Assembly: GCA_001643675.2 (NCBI GenBank)
Contig: LSRY02000007.1
Coordinates: 620,001-684,000, forward strand
DNA length: 64,000 nucleotides
Direction of reading: 5' to 3'
DNA from: Monocercomonoides exilis PA203
Taxonomy: Eukaryota; Protista; Preaxostyla
The first letter of the stretch is position 1. Every line of letters starts with the position of its first letter. Positions 63,290 through 64,000 of the stretch are shown piece by piece. Both the position numbers and the translations under genes were made by a program. Under the pieces are notes generated by a model. That model was not told the DNA's origin and ran no database searches. It worked only from the letters and a program-made list of their open reading frames with translations.

Positions 63290-63685
63290 AGTGTAAATAA
63301 CGATGGACACTTTCAATAACTGTTGACAGTGGAATTATCTCAACAACCGTTGATAGTTGCTTTTTGACAATAGACAAATTTGTTCCCTCATTGAATATAA
63401 ACTTATTTGAATTGTTTTAATCACGCATCCAACATAGTGATAATTCATAATAATTATTTTTTATTTCAGGAGAAACTCGGAGAATCTCATTTCTCCGAGT
63501 TTTTTTTATAATTTAAATTGTATCATTCTTTCCTATTGGGAGCAAGTTGTTTCATTTTTGTATGACTTACAAGTTTGTATTCAATGAGGGAATAATTGGG
63601 TTAATTGTCAAAAAACAATTGTCAACAGTTGTTGAGATAATGCAACTGTCCACAGTTGTTGAAAGTGTCCACCATTATTAACACT
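63290..63685. mobile_element. ~400-bp MITE with ~115-125-bp imperfect inverted arms and a central hairpin
   Basis: 63290-63414 matches the reverse complement of 63571-63685 (gtgt.aataa...tggacactttcaa.aactgt.gacagt...ttccctcattgaata.aaactt). Central stem aaactcggagaa/ttctccgagttt. Confidence 0.8.
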
Positions 63686-63699
63686 AACTATATATGATT

Positions 63700-63880
63700 T
63701 GGGACGAATTTTTTTCTCAATAAAAATTTTGTTCCACTCAATTATATCCAACGTTTTTCTCAAAAATTTTTAATATTCTTTTTTATTACACATGGGAATG
63801 TGAGACTTATGATTACGCAATGGAGAAAAAGTTTGGAACAAAACACAGTTTTTTTTCTCAAATGAAAAAAATTCGCAACA
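63700..63880. mobile_element. ~180-bp MITE-like repeat, copy 3
   Basis: tgggacgaatt..aattttgttccact..ttttctcaaa..tgggaatg..gaaaaagtttggaacaaa..ttttttc.caaatgaaa aligns with 49051-49234. Confidence 0.6.
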
Positions 63881-64000
63881 TTTCAAAAAGAATCACTTAT
63901 ATTGAAAGTTTGTTTTATATCATTGAACTTTCCAAAAATTAAAAATAAGTTTTGAAATATTCTTTAAACCAAACAAGCAAACAAAAATATTTTTCGAACC

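Noticed and set aside
1-64000. CRISPR arrays, rRNA/tRNA genes, telomeric repeats, prokaryotic operons
   Set aside because: None seen by eye. The repeats are microsatellites or TIR elements and the genes have spliceosomal introns. A tRNAscan/Infernal run would be needed to exclude small RNAs.

Overview
Eukaryotic, intron-rich, AT-rich genomic DNA using the standard code. Gene style (short introns, poly-Ser proteins, giant Cys-rich GGA-repeat surface proteins with kinase-like tails) suggests an oxymonad such as Monocercomonoides; this is inference. The window is bracketed by two outward-pointing members of a giant modular surface-receptor family: signal peptide, tandem ~350-aa CG-x5-PC/GGA beta-helix modules, a conserved membrane-proximal module, one TM helix and a dead kinase-like tail. 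The left copy (1412-13452, -) is a ~4000-codon pseudogene and the right copy (51608-59843, +) is intact. Their ectodomains are highly diverged, yet the last ~290 codons are ~97% identical in protein and a 3' non-coding block is shared. A kinase-less third member (33619-37716) and a decayed fragment (~49290-50200) also occur. Between them lie a NEK-like pseudokinase, a small membrane protein, a STE11-type MAP3K, maspardin (SPG21), an amino-acid transporter, a 3-RRM low-complexity protein, a membrane-anchored S41 peptidase and an LRR protein. Intergenic DNA holds a 365-bp-arm foldback element with no mismatch seen, at least three MITE-like families, and decayed pogo-like and Merlin/ISXO2-like transposases.
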